Shown here: positions 11,623-23,200 of the stretch, piece after piece
Layout of the letters: every line of letters starts with the position of its first letter
How positions within the stretch are numbered: position 1 is the first letter of the stretch
Assembly: GCF_008831285.2 (NCBI RefSeq)
Contig: NC_045138.2
Location: 40,114,001 to 40,178,000 of the forward strand
Source of the DNA: Nymphaea colorata
Taxonomy: Eukaryota
Direction: 5' to 3'
Length of the DNA stretch: 64,000 nucleotides
The notes under the pieces: model-generated
Told to the model about the DNA's origin: nothing
The model's input: the letters and a program-made list of their open reading frames with translations, nothing else
The model's database searches: none
Translations under genes and position numbers: made by a program

Positions 11623-14600
11623 ACTTGGAGATGGAGAAGCAGAGACCCCAATTTGGAAGGGAAAGAACATTAATCGGAAAACGGTACCTACTCTAGTTGC
11701 AGATTTCAATGAATGCATATACCGTTTGAAGAAGCCTATGTTTCTTCTTCATTGCGGGTCGTTGTGGACTTGATAGTTTCTGTTATTGCTTTCCTTCTTT
11801 TCTTCTTATTGGGTACATGGATGGAACATTACAGTATCATCTCCTAGGACCATTTTTTTTTCTTTTTGCTTATTTTGGGTAGCAGTCTAGATATGGTGAT
11901 GTTATGGGATTTTTCTCTTTTTGTCGTGAACTTTCTTATTCAGTGTTTCTTGATTGGCAATGGGTAGCTTGAGATAACATGGTAAATGAGGGTTTGAATG
12001 AATGAAACAGAGGGGGTATCAGAGCGTTTGGAATGGAGCCATTGAGGCTTTGCTTGTTCATTTCCATGTTGAAAGCGAGAGAAGTCTTCTCTCTTTGCTT
12101 TCCTCATTTGGAAAATTTGTGATGGTTTGCTTTTGGACTTGTAGTTTGCAGTGTAGGGAAGCAAGCTTTCTTCGGGCCTTTCCTGTTCCACTCTTTTTTG
12201 CGACTCCACTTCCCATCGGCATTATGGTTAATTAGGATGCAAACGTTCTAATTTTTAGGAAAAACAATGTGCGCACTACGCCAACGATGTGTGACCTATC
12301 ATCCGTTTATACATTCTTTAGTTTGAACTGAGCAACCGAAGGCTAGCAATGGCTGCCATGATTTCTTTCGTTTGAGCTCGTTACTCCTTTTGATGAGTTT
12401 AGCTGATGGTTGGGCCGTCCTATCCTAGACTACTACTGACGGCTAGTGCATCTTTTAGCCTACTCTGTGTGGTGCTTTCCTGTTTTTGTTTCGTGTTTTT
12501 TTTGGGGGGTTTGGGAGTTCTCAATCTTTGTCTAAAGACTCGTGCACGGTATTCTAATGGCACTTGTCATATTCCCCTTCGTTTTGCTTTTCACGTGCCT
12601 CTTTTCTTTTTTATGAATTGTTAATGTGCCCTCTGTTGCTATTTTTAGAAACATCTTGATCCAAGTGCCGGGTCCATTTCTTTGAAAACTCTTGTGTTTG
12701 GGTCTTGAGAAATTTGCCATGGAGCTTATGATAATGTCGATTTTACCGGCATAAAGGACCTTTTAAAGGAAGGCCAACAAAGAAAATGTTCCTCCAAAAA
12801 GCTGGTCATTCCTTATCCTTTGGGACCGTTCCTTGATGCCAACCCCAATTTGCAATTAAATATTTGTGAACGGTTTGAATGTTGGGAGACTGCTGAGCCT
12901 TTCAGGGACAAGAGGTGTGGGGGGGTGGCTCTGACTGTTCTATAGTTAACTTCATCCGAGAAACATCTTGTGGGGTTTTCCCTGGTTATCTATTGAATGG
13001 TTGAGCGGATTTTTTTCCTCATTGGGGTTTCAGTTTAATATATGAAAGTGTCTTTTGTGGTACTTTCTCTTTCATGATGAAGACGAGTGGACATCAGGGG
13101 GATCTACAGTACAGTGTACCCTGAAGCCATGGTGTACTCGAGATGGAACCTGATTGCGGTGGTTTGATGTTAGATGTGTCAAAGTTTGTGGTCCTAGCTC
13201 CATTAGATGATGAAAGTCAGACAAATGCACGCTGTGCAAACAGAGCCTTCATACTCGTGTTTTCGTTTGCGCTCGTTGACAGACTCTGCATATGGTTAAA
13301 TGATAACACTGTCATCCACTTGTGATCATCTGAACTGAACAAGTATGATCAGAAGGTAGTGGACGCAAGTTGCACCCTTGGGTCGTTACACAGAGCAGCG
13401 TTTCCCAACGCATGTGAATGGGATACATCTGTTTTCTGTGAGATGATGCACAGCAGAAGGGCTTTAACAACTGTCAACAAACTCGAGAAAGCACGAGTAC
13501 TGAAAGTTTCTGCTTTGTCTTGAGAAAATGGTTCCAACACATGATCGTCTTTCTTAGGAGTGGGACTCCTAAATTTTTTCTTGTGCCCACCTGATCTTTC
13601 GCTAGCCATGTCCTCTCATCTTCTGGGCACTGCCTGGTATTGCTGCTAAATCTTGAATGAATCTGCATGGGATCTGAGTGTTGCTGTTACCCGCTTCTCT
13701 TGCGAGGTTCATGATTTTTTTTTTTAGGAGCTGTCCACTCTTTCAATCGCTTCTTTTTTGCGTACTTTCTGGATAAATTTTACATTTAGTTTCCACTTCT
13801 GTTGCTTTTGTGTGGACGATTCTCCTTGTGCCAAAGCGACGGCGGCGGCTTCAACTTGATGCCTGGTATGGTAAGAGAACGAGTAATGACAGGCGATGAC
13901 CGACAAGTCCAAGAGTAATTTCCAACCAGTGGTCTGCCGGATCAAAGTCTCTTCAGCGATATCAACTCTCCACCATACATTGTACTTCTCCATCCTATTA
14001 CTTCGAGCATTTGTCCAGCACCTTTTAGAGGGTCCTCGTGGGAATGGTTAGATTAAGGTGAAATATGGACGGCGCAAATGTGGGATTTCTTTGAAAATAT
14101 GATCTTTCGACGACCAAATCTGCATTCATATTATATGCCGTCACCCTGTCTCCCCCATCAATGCCGTGCTAAGATTTCCTCATTGAAGAACGGTCGCATG
14201 AACAATTAAAAGCATTTATTTTTCCTAAAAACCTTCTTCAAAAGATACTCATGTAGAAATTTTTAGTGATTGTGAGGTCTATAAATATGTAGAAACTAAT
14301 GCTACTGTATTTTTGCAATAAAATCATGACCTCATTAAATTGGGAGTGGTTCAAAACGTTTCTAAAACCTTTTGATGGCTTCTTGTACTTCAAAAGTTAA
14401 TTCTTCAAAAAACTTGGTATCACATTGGCTCGTCTCTGATCTACGCGACTGACAGTTGAAGTGAGTGACACATGTTCCTCATTTCGTCACTGCTTTTTCA
14501 AGTTCTTTTCCTTTAGGAGAAAGAGAGAGAGTTGAAAAACGAGGCGGTGAATTACGGGAAGAATATTCCATACGTAGGAAAATTATACCCGGCACGACAA

Positions 14601-14981
14601 GATAGAATTCCTTCACTACAGTGAAGAATGAATGCTGCGAGCGTGGCTGATATCAGAAAGTTCATCGTTCATCAATGCGTAAGAACTGCAACAAAGTCAA
14701 GAAGAGCGATCTCCCTGTCCCCAGTTTGAATCCTCAACTGAAGCGATCCTTAGATCTTATCAGAGGAAGAGGATGGACCAAAAGAGAGATTCTGCCTGTG
14801 GACCAGAAAGGTCAGATCCTGCCTTCCCCTCGGATCTTATTACCTCCCCACTCCTGTCTTCTTCATTCCTTCCTACATCTTTTCCGATCCGGACCCCCTC
14901 GAAAGGGACGGGTGTCGAAAAGGTAAGGGTTCTTCTGATCCAAGCGATCCATCCGCTGCAATTGCAGCTGTGGGTATCATG

Positions 14982-15120
14982 TTCGTGGACGTCATAACTC
15001 ATTAGACAGTACCTACAGCTCAGAACAGTGCATGTCTTGATCCAGTTGTATTCATGGACGTCATAACTCCTGCACAGAGTACCTAACAGGCTCGGTTCAG
15101 TGCATTCTTCATTCAACTGG
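14982..15120. repeat. Diverged ~69-bp direct repeat pair
   Basis: TTC(G/A)TGGACGTCATAACTC...AGTACCTA...GCTC...CAGTGCAT starts at 14982 and again at 15051. Confidence 0.75.
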
Positions 15121-16943
15121 ACTTGCCGGACATTATTTAAAGGAAAGAACGATTTAGAAAATAGTTTTCGCTGCAGACGTCGACGCGATGCTTCTTGACG
15201 CAAAGCCTGATCAAGCTAATCGCAGATTTAGCCTTAAAAATCGAAATTCCTGCACAATAAGACGTCTCAGGTCAACCACCATACCATCTTCCTGCCAAAC
15301 AGCAATTAACTAATAATCAATTAAAATATTTTATTGCTGCTTAATCCCATTGACAACTTTGCATCTCTAAAATTTGTAGGGAGGAAATTTCACACTACAG
15401 TAGAATACTGTGGTCAATTTGTGCTATTAAAGAAAAGTGACCAAAGTTTTTGGAAACCAACATGCGTATGATCCTCAATGGAAGCTTTTATGAATGCTGT
15501 TCTGGCTTTCATAAACTTTTTTGGGTTTCGACCTTGGGATTGCCTTTAGTTGGCAGACCCATTAAGCTGTGGTGTAGTCATTGCATGCCGGTTGTTCCAC
15601 ATCCAAATAAATAAAAGCTGCATTTTAATGCAATTGATTCACTTTATAAGGCCCATCGCAGCAGTGTTTTACAGACCTACAGCTTTTGAAGTTTGTACCT
15701 CAAGTTACTTTTCAGCGGCGGCGGACAGTACTTTTTCTGTAATTCAGACTGTTCATTCAATCGATTTACTAGCATTTCTTCACCCCTGCAACATGTTTTC
15801 AACACCAAAAAGAGAAAAGGGACTCCTATATTTCTCAAAAATTTGAGATCAGGTATCCAAATGTCATTATATATCTACAATTGCTTGAGAAAAGACCTTC
15901 ACCCAATAAAACCTGTAAGGAGATCAAGAGCTTAAATTGATTTGGAGAGTCCCTGTTCCTCCTGCATGATCAAGGTTGTCCTTTTCCTTTTTTCTTTCTG
16001 TGACGCTTGATATCCAGAGTAGATAGAGTAATCACATCATAAATGATTAAAGTATGCACATGTTGTTCTTTCTTTCTTCAATGCTGCTGCGTCGGTTGCT
16101 GCTTTTCCATCCATAAATACTAACTGTTCCTCCCCAAGATATTTTCAGGAATGTAACGCATACGAGATCCGTGGCCTGGTCGATCACCACGCCGTAAAGG
16201 ACTCGCCCGTTTTTTTCCAGGTCACATGCAGGTAGTCATTGGGATGACATTGACAAATGCTGAAAATGGTTAGCTTCCTCCTTTCTGATTGCTGCTGTTT
16301 TAATGACAGAGAACCCACCATGATCAAGCCATCAAATATCAGTTTTATCTACTAAAAGAAAAAAGAACATGGGGATTGCTTATAATTTTTCGGATGAAAG
16401 GAAAAAATCTTCTTCACACCCAACGAAGAGCAAAATTAACAGAAAAGTTTCACGCCGGGTTTCTTCTTTTGCCTCCAAAATTTCATTCAATAGTCGGACA
16501 CGATGTAACTTGTTCTGCGCTGACAGTGCCAATAAGTAAACCAACCGAAGACAAGATGTAAAATGGATGGGAAATCTAATGACTGATCTAATTCTTGAAT
16601 CACTTTACTGGAATTTGGTAAAAGAAAAACTGAATTTGGACAAATCAGATTCCGGTTTGGTAAGCAGTTTCTTAACTGAATCCGAATATAAGACCAGTAC
16701 TCGACTACGACACGATCAATAAAGAGTTACATGTCAACATTGATCTTGTGGTAATAGGAACTAAATTTGGTTTTAGAAAATAAGGTACAAAACAAAGCCG
16801 AAACCTAAATCCAAATTCAATTACACGGGACCCAATTAAATTGAACTCGGTAAATGATGAATCCAACACAAATCTAAACCAATAAACAATTTATATCCTT
16901 TCTTTTGTGATTGCTTGCCTAACAAAATCAACAATCCCTTAAA

Positions 16944-17390
16944 GGGTGTTTGGTACTAAGAACATAGCGTTCTTAGAACACTTATTCCTAAAACATATGT
17001 TTCAAATGTGCTCTTATTTTCATTGTGAGTCTAGGTTTTGAAGTCAGAAATAACATTCATAGTTACATCATGTTTTCTAATACAATAGCATAGTGGCAAA
17101 CTCACCGGGCTGGCTCTGGAATCGCCTGAGCCAACTTGGATCGCTAAAAAATCTAGCCACGAGTCAAGGTTGGCCCGACTCGCCTCCAACTTGGCCCTCA
17201 CTCGCTTGATTCGACTGTAGTGTTTTTCATTATAGTTATTTTGAAACTAGGCCGAGTCAACGAGTCAACTTGCAGACCCGGTGGCCTGCTGATCCAAGTT
17301 CGAATCACGAGTTTGCCAATTATTATTTTTAACATGTATGTTGCGGGAACATATGTTCTCAACAGACAATGTTCTTCTTATCAAACACTC
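16944..17390. mobile_element. Tourist/PIF-like MITE (family A) interrupted by a nested element
   Basis: Ends GGGTGTTTGGTACTAAGAACAT and ATGTTCTTCTTATCAAACACTC. Without 17089-17323 it is about 210 bp, similar to the 1361 copy. Confidence 0.65.
17089..17323. mobile_element. Nested non-autonomous DNA transposon (hAT-like MITE)
   Basis: Inverted ends ATAGTGGCAAACTC and GAGTTTGCCAATTAT. Interior rich in GACTC/GAGTC subterminal motifs. Confidence 0.6.
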
Positions 17391-19745
17391 ACTTAAAAAC
17401 CCTAAAGAAAAGAATGCCTAGTTGTGCAATGGTAGCTAGGTCTTTGATATATATCACTTTGCTCAGGCCTATTATAGTCTAGGCAACCGACATTTGAGAA
17501 CTCTGAAATTTAAGTGAAGAGGCACACAACCATATAAAATTTTTAGCTGTGGTTGGCCATTGGCATACAAGATCTCCAAGTGGCCATTTGGTTCAAAATT
17601 TTATTCGTATCATTATCCGCTATGCAATACAACGGCCACACATAGATCTTCATGCAATCCATCCTATAAACGCCTGCTGGTGGGTAGTAGGCTCCGACCT
17701 TCATTAACAAAAAAATTTTGATCGAAAAATGGATCCCACAACCTTTCACAGGAAAAACTTATTATTGAATAGTGGGGGCTGGTTGTTATTGAGTGGTGGG
17801 GGCATAAAATGTCCCACCATTGATGTAATATTTCGAGAACAAAGTTGGGCACATGACATCGCCACTACATGCACAATGGGCAGAGCATGTAGACATCCAC
17901 ATCAACAGTTGCATGTGCAGTGGGAACAGAGTGTGACTGCTTGAGCCAGCACCGAGGACCATGATCACCAGCAGAATAGACGTTTGGGAAGCTTATAATT
18001 GGCTCTTGTTGCTTGTTTGGGTCACATATGTCCCTATGTGCCTGTCTCCATTCTGTGTAAAGCAAAGAAAAGTAATCCATCGCAATATAAGCCCTTTGGT
18101 GCTTTGTTCCTTTCTGCTGGTGAAAGGAATGCATCCAAGGCAGGGTATGCCTGTTCTTGCCCCAGCCCTTCCTGTTCCAGCTTGAACTCAGCTCGAGTCT
18201 TAGCCGGTCCAGCTCGATCTTAAAAGATATTAGCTACCGCTCAGCTCGGCTCAGCTAACCAAGCATCGACGGGTTCTGGAAAATGTATTTTATGTATGCC
18301 TAAGTGCAGCTTACCTCGGCTTGTATGAGTTTAGCTTACTCAAAAGGGGCTGAAGCGGAAGCAAGACACCCGTTAACTAGAATGCAGCACATCTACCATT
18401 TGAAGTAAAAAAGAACAGTGCCCATGAGAATTGAACTAACTACTAAACTTTCATCTGCTTGCTACGAGTCTGACCAGTTATGTTATGCTCCTCAAGGTGT
18501 AACCGGTTCATTTTGAAGCTCAAACTCAACTCATTTAATAAATGAGTGAAGGTCGAGCGGATCAGGTCCTATCTGTAATTGGATTTACATCATTTACTCA
18601 ATATAACCTAGTTGGCTACCATGTAAGTTGAGTTTGGATTTAGAATAGAATTTGGGTGTCACTTTTAAAGCAGAATCTGGATTCAACTAGGATAAGGTAA
18701 ATTGGTTGGATTTTATCATGCCAGATCTTGGATTCTCATTGCCACACAACAGCTCCCGATCTGACTGGGGTTTATGTAAAAGATCTGATTAGATGGTTTT
18801 CCGTTTCGGGTCTCTAGCTGCACATACCCGATCCATTGACAACGAGCTGGATTTTTGCTACTGTTCTAATGCCTTATTTTAAATTGATGAATGGATACCT
18901 ACCCTCCAGCAAGGTGGCTGATGGAAATTGATGAGTGGGCCTATACTTATTGTAACACTGCGTATAATATGGGCCCATACTTATTGTGTGGGCTTCTTCC
19001 TGAGACAGGCTTTATTTTTATTTTTAATCAATTAAAATATTTTTAAAATCACAAGATAAAGAAAATGGGCCAATACGTATTAGTGAGCAAGTGCTGACAT
19101 TGATAGTTACAATAATAATGACACCAGTAGTCATATCTTACCATAACTTTGGTTTTCAATATTATAAAGGCAAATTAAGGCGCAGTTTGTGTCAAAATTT
19201 AGTTTTTTTTACATTTTCTGAAATGATATGTGTATAATACATGTCCTCAGCGTTATTTTTATTTTAAAATTGGCTTTATGTTTGCATACATGATAAACTT
19301 GTAAACGATTAAGTCTCGACAAGAATCACATCTCTTTCTTCCTGATTAGGATGACATAGTGAGATTTAATTTGAAATTTAAAATCAGTTAACTGTTAGAT
19401 TTTAGCTAAAAGCCATCTTAGAAAACAATTGAGAGGTTATCATGAGCTCAAAAAACCATAATATCTAAATTGTATACTTTTAATGTACAAATAATTATTT
19501 ATTGGGAGTACAAAAACAAATGTTCCAAATATTGTTTGAAAGTTGTTTATGAGTTTTAGGTGGATTTCAATGTAGCAATAGTAGATTGAAAGATTGGGAG
19601 GAAGCTCAGGCACAGATCAGATCTTTTTTTTGAGATCTCATTGCCGTAGATTGCGATCCAGGCTACCAGACACGGCCTTGTGAATGAAATAATTCTCTTT
19701 CACTGTTAGTATATAAAATATTTAGGTGGCAATTGTTTTCAACAA

Positions 19746-19838
19746 CCGACCTTAGCTCAGTTGGTAGAGCGGAGGACTGTAGTGGGCTAAGCTCGTCAGC
19801 TAATCCTTAGGTCGCTGGTTCGAATCCGGCAGGTCGGA
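19746..19838 (+). tRNA. tRNA-Tyr(GUA) with a 20-nt intron (19783-19802)
   Basis: Exon 1 CCGACCTTAGCTCAGTTGGTAGAGCGGAGGACTGTAG and exon 2 ATCCTTAGGTCGCTGGTTCGAATCCGGCAGGTCGGA match the canonical plant nuclear tRNA-Tyr. Anticodon GTA at 19779-19781. Upstream TATA-like and CAA motifs, downstream T-runs. Confidence 0.98.
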
Positions 19839-20268
19839 TTTATTTTTTATTTTCTTTTTCTCTCTCTAACTGCCGTTTTTGCTCAAAGGTATTACTTTTG
19901 CTCGATCATTGATATGCAATAAAAAATTCACCTTCATATTTCTTCGAACTGTTCGCGCCAAATGGAGTTCAAATGCACCCAAGTTCACATGCAGGATTCT
20001 CACAATAAAGGGCCGCAATGAATACCCGGTCGTTGGAAAAGGACCCTTTCCCTGTCTCTTACAATGGAATTGTACATAGAAGCAGTGGAAGGACAGACCA
20101 GAAGGCCATGGAAGCTGCCACTACCTCTCCTACCAATGGGTCTAGTAGCAATCTTTCCCTTGAATTTCCTTCCATCTGTAAGACCTCCGTTTTTACCTGT
20201 CTTAACTCCATAGATAGAAAACAGAAGAGCTGTTCAGTACTCTTCAGTCATTTCTACTGAGAGATTTT

Positions 20269-20292
20269 CTCTCTCTCTCTCTCTCTCTCTCT
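20269..20292. repeat. (CT)n microsatellite
   Basis: About 12 CT units. Confidence 0.95.
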
Positions 20293-23200
20293 TTGATGAC
20301 AAGGTAGAAGAAGTACAATTGCAGAAGCGAAAAGAGCTGAAGGTGCAGATGCAACTCTGCTCGGGAGAGAGGCAAAAGGAGGTTGGGTTGCTCTAGATGC
20401 CTCGGGTACCCATCGTTTCATAGGTGGCAGAATCAGCAAAGGGGTGTTTGGAGTGTAAGGATTATTATTAGTGACGATTGAGAAAGCAAATTCCTTTGCC
20501 TGGACTACAGGATCTCTTTATGAGGCCAACCTTCTCCTAATAGTTTTCTTGCTTCCTGAATTAAAAAAGGCTTCGTTTCACACGCCTACTGCATCCTGAA
20601 GCATCTTTTGATTCTTTACTAGATAATGCATTACAATCCAAGGGTTGAAAGCAATGATCCCACAAGCTACAATCTGGAGAATGGCTTTCGACAACAACTG
20701 CTGCATCACGAAATTTTAATTAAGGGGCATCTAAATTGACCACTCAGTCTGGATCAGAGTCTGGCGTATCTTAACTGCCATGCAACACGTTCAGTTTTTT
20801 TTTCATTGCCTGTCACGAGTCAAAAATACATGCGTCCTGTGCTTTGCTAACAGGACAAAGCCAAAAAAGGCAAAGAGAAGAACAGCAGACAGAGAAAGCT
20901 CTTTGCTTTCCTCTCGAAAGACTCACACCACACCACACCCCAGAAGAAGGCCACAAGATTCCCTCTCTTAAAAAGACACCAAACTCCATGATTCATTCCA
21001 TACGAAAAGAAAGAGAGAGAGAGAGAGGGAAAGGAAAGCCAGTTTTACCTGCAGTGTCTTTGGACCTGTGATCAGAATATGTACCCTGTTTAATGCATTG
21101 CTTTACACTGCGTATGCATGTCATAGAGATCTCAATTGAATCAGAATACAGTGATGAACCACTGGCAGTGAATGTAAAGCTAGAGAAACTAATGCTTTTC
21201 CTTTTTCCTGATAAGAATGAGTTAGGTCCACATCCTGGCCACAAGTGCCCTACCAGTCACGACCCACAACGGAATTCACTAGACAGGAGGTTATGGCTGG
21301 TTGCAGTAAAAGGTCTCTGCGTTCCAAGGGAAAGGGTCCTACAGTGTGGATCGACTCCTATGTAAGATGCGCTTGGTGGCTTTTAAGGCACTCTTATCAC
21401 CTCCCATCATTTCCATCTTGGTAGTTGGACTGTAGCAGAGGTTGCTTTCGCCCTCAAATCTCATGAATCCCCATGAGAGGGACCCTTCAGTATTGGCTTC
21501 ACCAGATGCTGCACCACCACAAGGTTCAAAAGTGCAATGGAGGCGTGCTTAAGAAGGTTGTGGCTGGAGTTTGGAGGCGACTCCTGTCTGCCATCGCTCT
21601 CCTTCTTTCTCTCTCTGGCATTTATGTGGCAGACCCAACAAGAAAATGGGGGGAAAAGGAAAGGACAGGCATGATGACCAGGATACATGTTATCCTTCTG
21701 GCTGGTTTGGCTCAAAAAGATCTCTTTATGGCTTACCAACAACTGCCTCTGTCAAATACCACTCACTCTGGGTAGATGAGATGAGGGAAATTTTAGTTTT
21801 GTTTTAATCTGCCTTGTTTTTAACTTGCTGCTTGTATTCTTTCTTGGGTTGCACAAGCATACGGTGTTTGATGGTAAAAAGATCTCGCCATGTGGATCTG
21901 GTGTTCGTTGGTTGGGCACGGAGTTAGCAAGAATACAAAAAAGGGAAAAAAAAAAAAGATAAAAAATTAAGTCAGGTCTAGGATATAAAAAGACCAAAAC
22001 GACTTGAAAATTGGACAGGCAGGATATTCTTGTTTGATTCTCCTTAGGTGCAACCGAAACAAAATGAAGATAAACTCCTTGAGTTCAAATTCAACTCAGT
22101 GGTTCACAAGCTGACCGGGCAATCTCGTTCCTAGAATGGTTTTTCTGCTATTCCAAAGGGAGAAATAATTTCTATTTTGTAACAATATGGAGAAGCTTCT
22201 TTTCTTTGGTCATGCAGCTTAGTATGTACTTCACATTTTCCTCCTTAACTTAGTTTTACTTTAAAGGTGTCACCGAAACACACCTATGTAAGAGTTCTTA
22301 TGGATATTGGATTGCTCTTCTTTGGGAGCTAAAAAGGCTAAAAGTTCGTGTAAAACTTGATGTCCCCGTTTCTGTGTGAAAACTTTCCTTTTGTATTGTC
22401 TTGTAGGAAACGAATTGAGAAAGAGATGGAGAGAGAGAGAGAGTCAGGTCAGCCCGGTTTCATTAGGTCTGGGCAGCAGCCAGACGAAAACTTAGACGCC
22501 AAACTGCTTTCTGGGGCTGGTTGGTATCCAAAAAATGGGTTGGATCTGAGATTCTGAAGCAGCTACTGATCTCCAAATTCTGGATCAGATTTGGGAAAAT
22601 CACAGGTCCCTTGCTGGATTCACAGCCTAAATTAAGTCACAAATGGGTCTTGACTCTTGTGTGACCAATGAGCAAAAAAGCCTGGGAACAAAAGGTGAAG
22701 ATGGTCCCAGCCCAAGTCGTCCTAGACACACAGGCTCAGTCTGACTCGGTCCAAACAAAGACCTCCTAGCTGTAACCATAAGATCTTTTGGTGTCCCACC
22801 GTACTGCGGCATCTTCCTGTGCTGCTTGGGATCATGTACCTTATAAATGTATAAAATATAGATACATATTTATGCTGTGTTTAAAATGGCAGACCATGAG
22901 ACATCACTTTCACCAGCCATGCACCTCTCATGAAGTCGCCATTAACGTCTACGTAGGCACGTACAGGCGCCACGTTTATGACAGGGGAACAAGAGAGCAG
23001 GTGCGTATGTACGTACAGCCATGAGTTCTCTGCAATTGGTGTACTGTATTTATCAGATGCCAACAAATAATAAAGTTAAAATTTGGAGAAGAAGACGTCG
23101 AAAACGAAAAAGAAAAGTTACCACCTGGGGAGGAAAAGTGACTTTCCATCCATGTTGTTCCTTTCAACTAAAGGTCAAGAAAAGATGGGGTTCGGTAGAG

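Noticed and set aside
20334..20355. miR530-like sequence (minus strand TGCATCTGCACCTTCAGCTC)
   Set aside because: About 4 mismatches to the recalled miR530, and no complementary arm nearby to form a precursor.
21476..21496. GAGAGGGACCCTTCAGTATTG resembling a miR319 site or target mimic
   Set aside because: Mismatched against the miRNA 5' end, with no central bulge and no hairpin. Probably coincidence.
23174..23186. Minus-strand TTCTTGACCTT resembling tasiR-ARF (TAS3)
   Set aside because: Only 11 nt match and no flanking miR390 sites were found.
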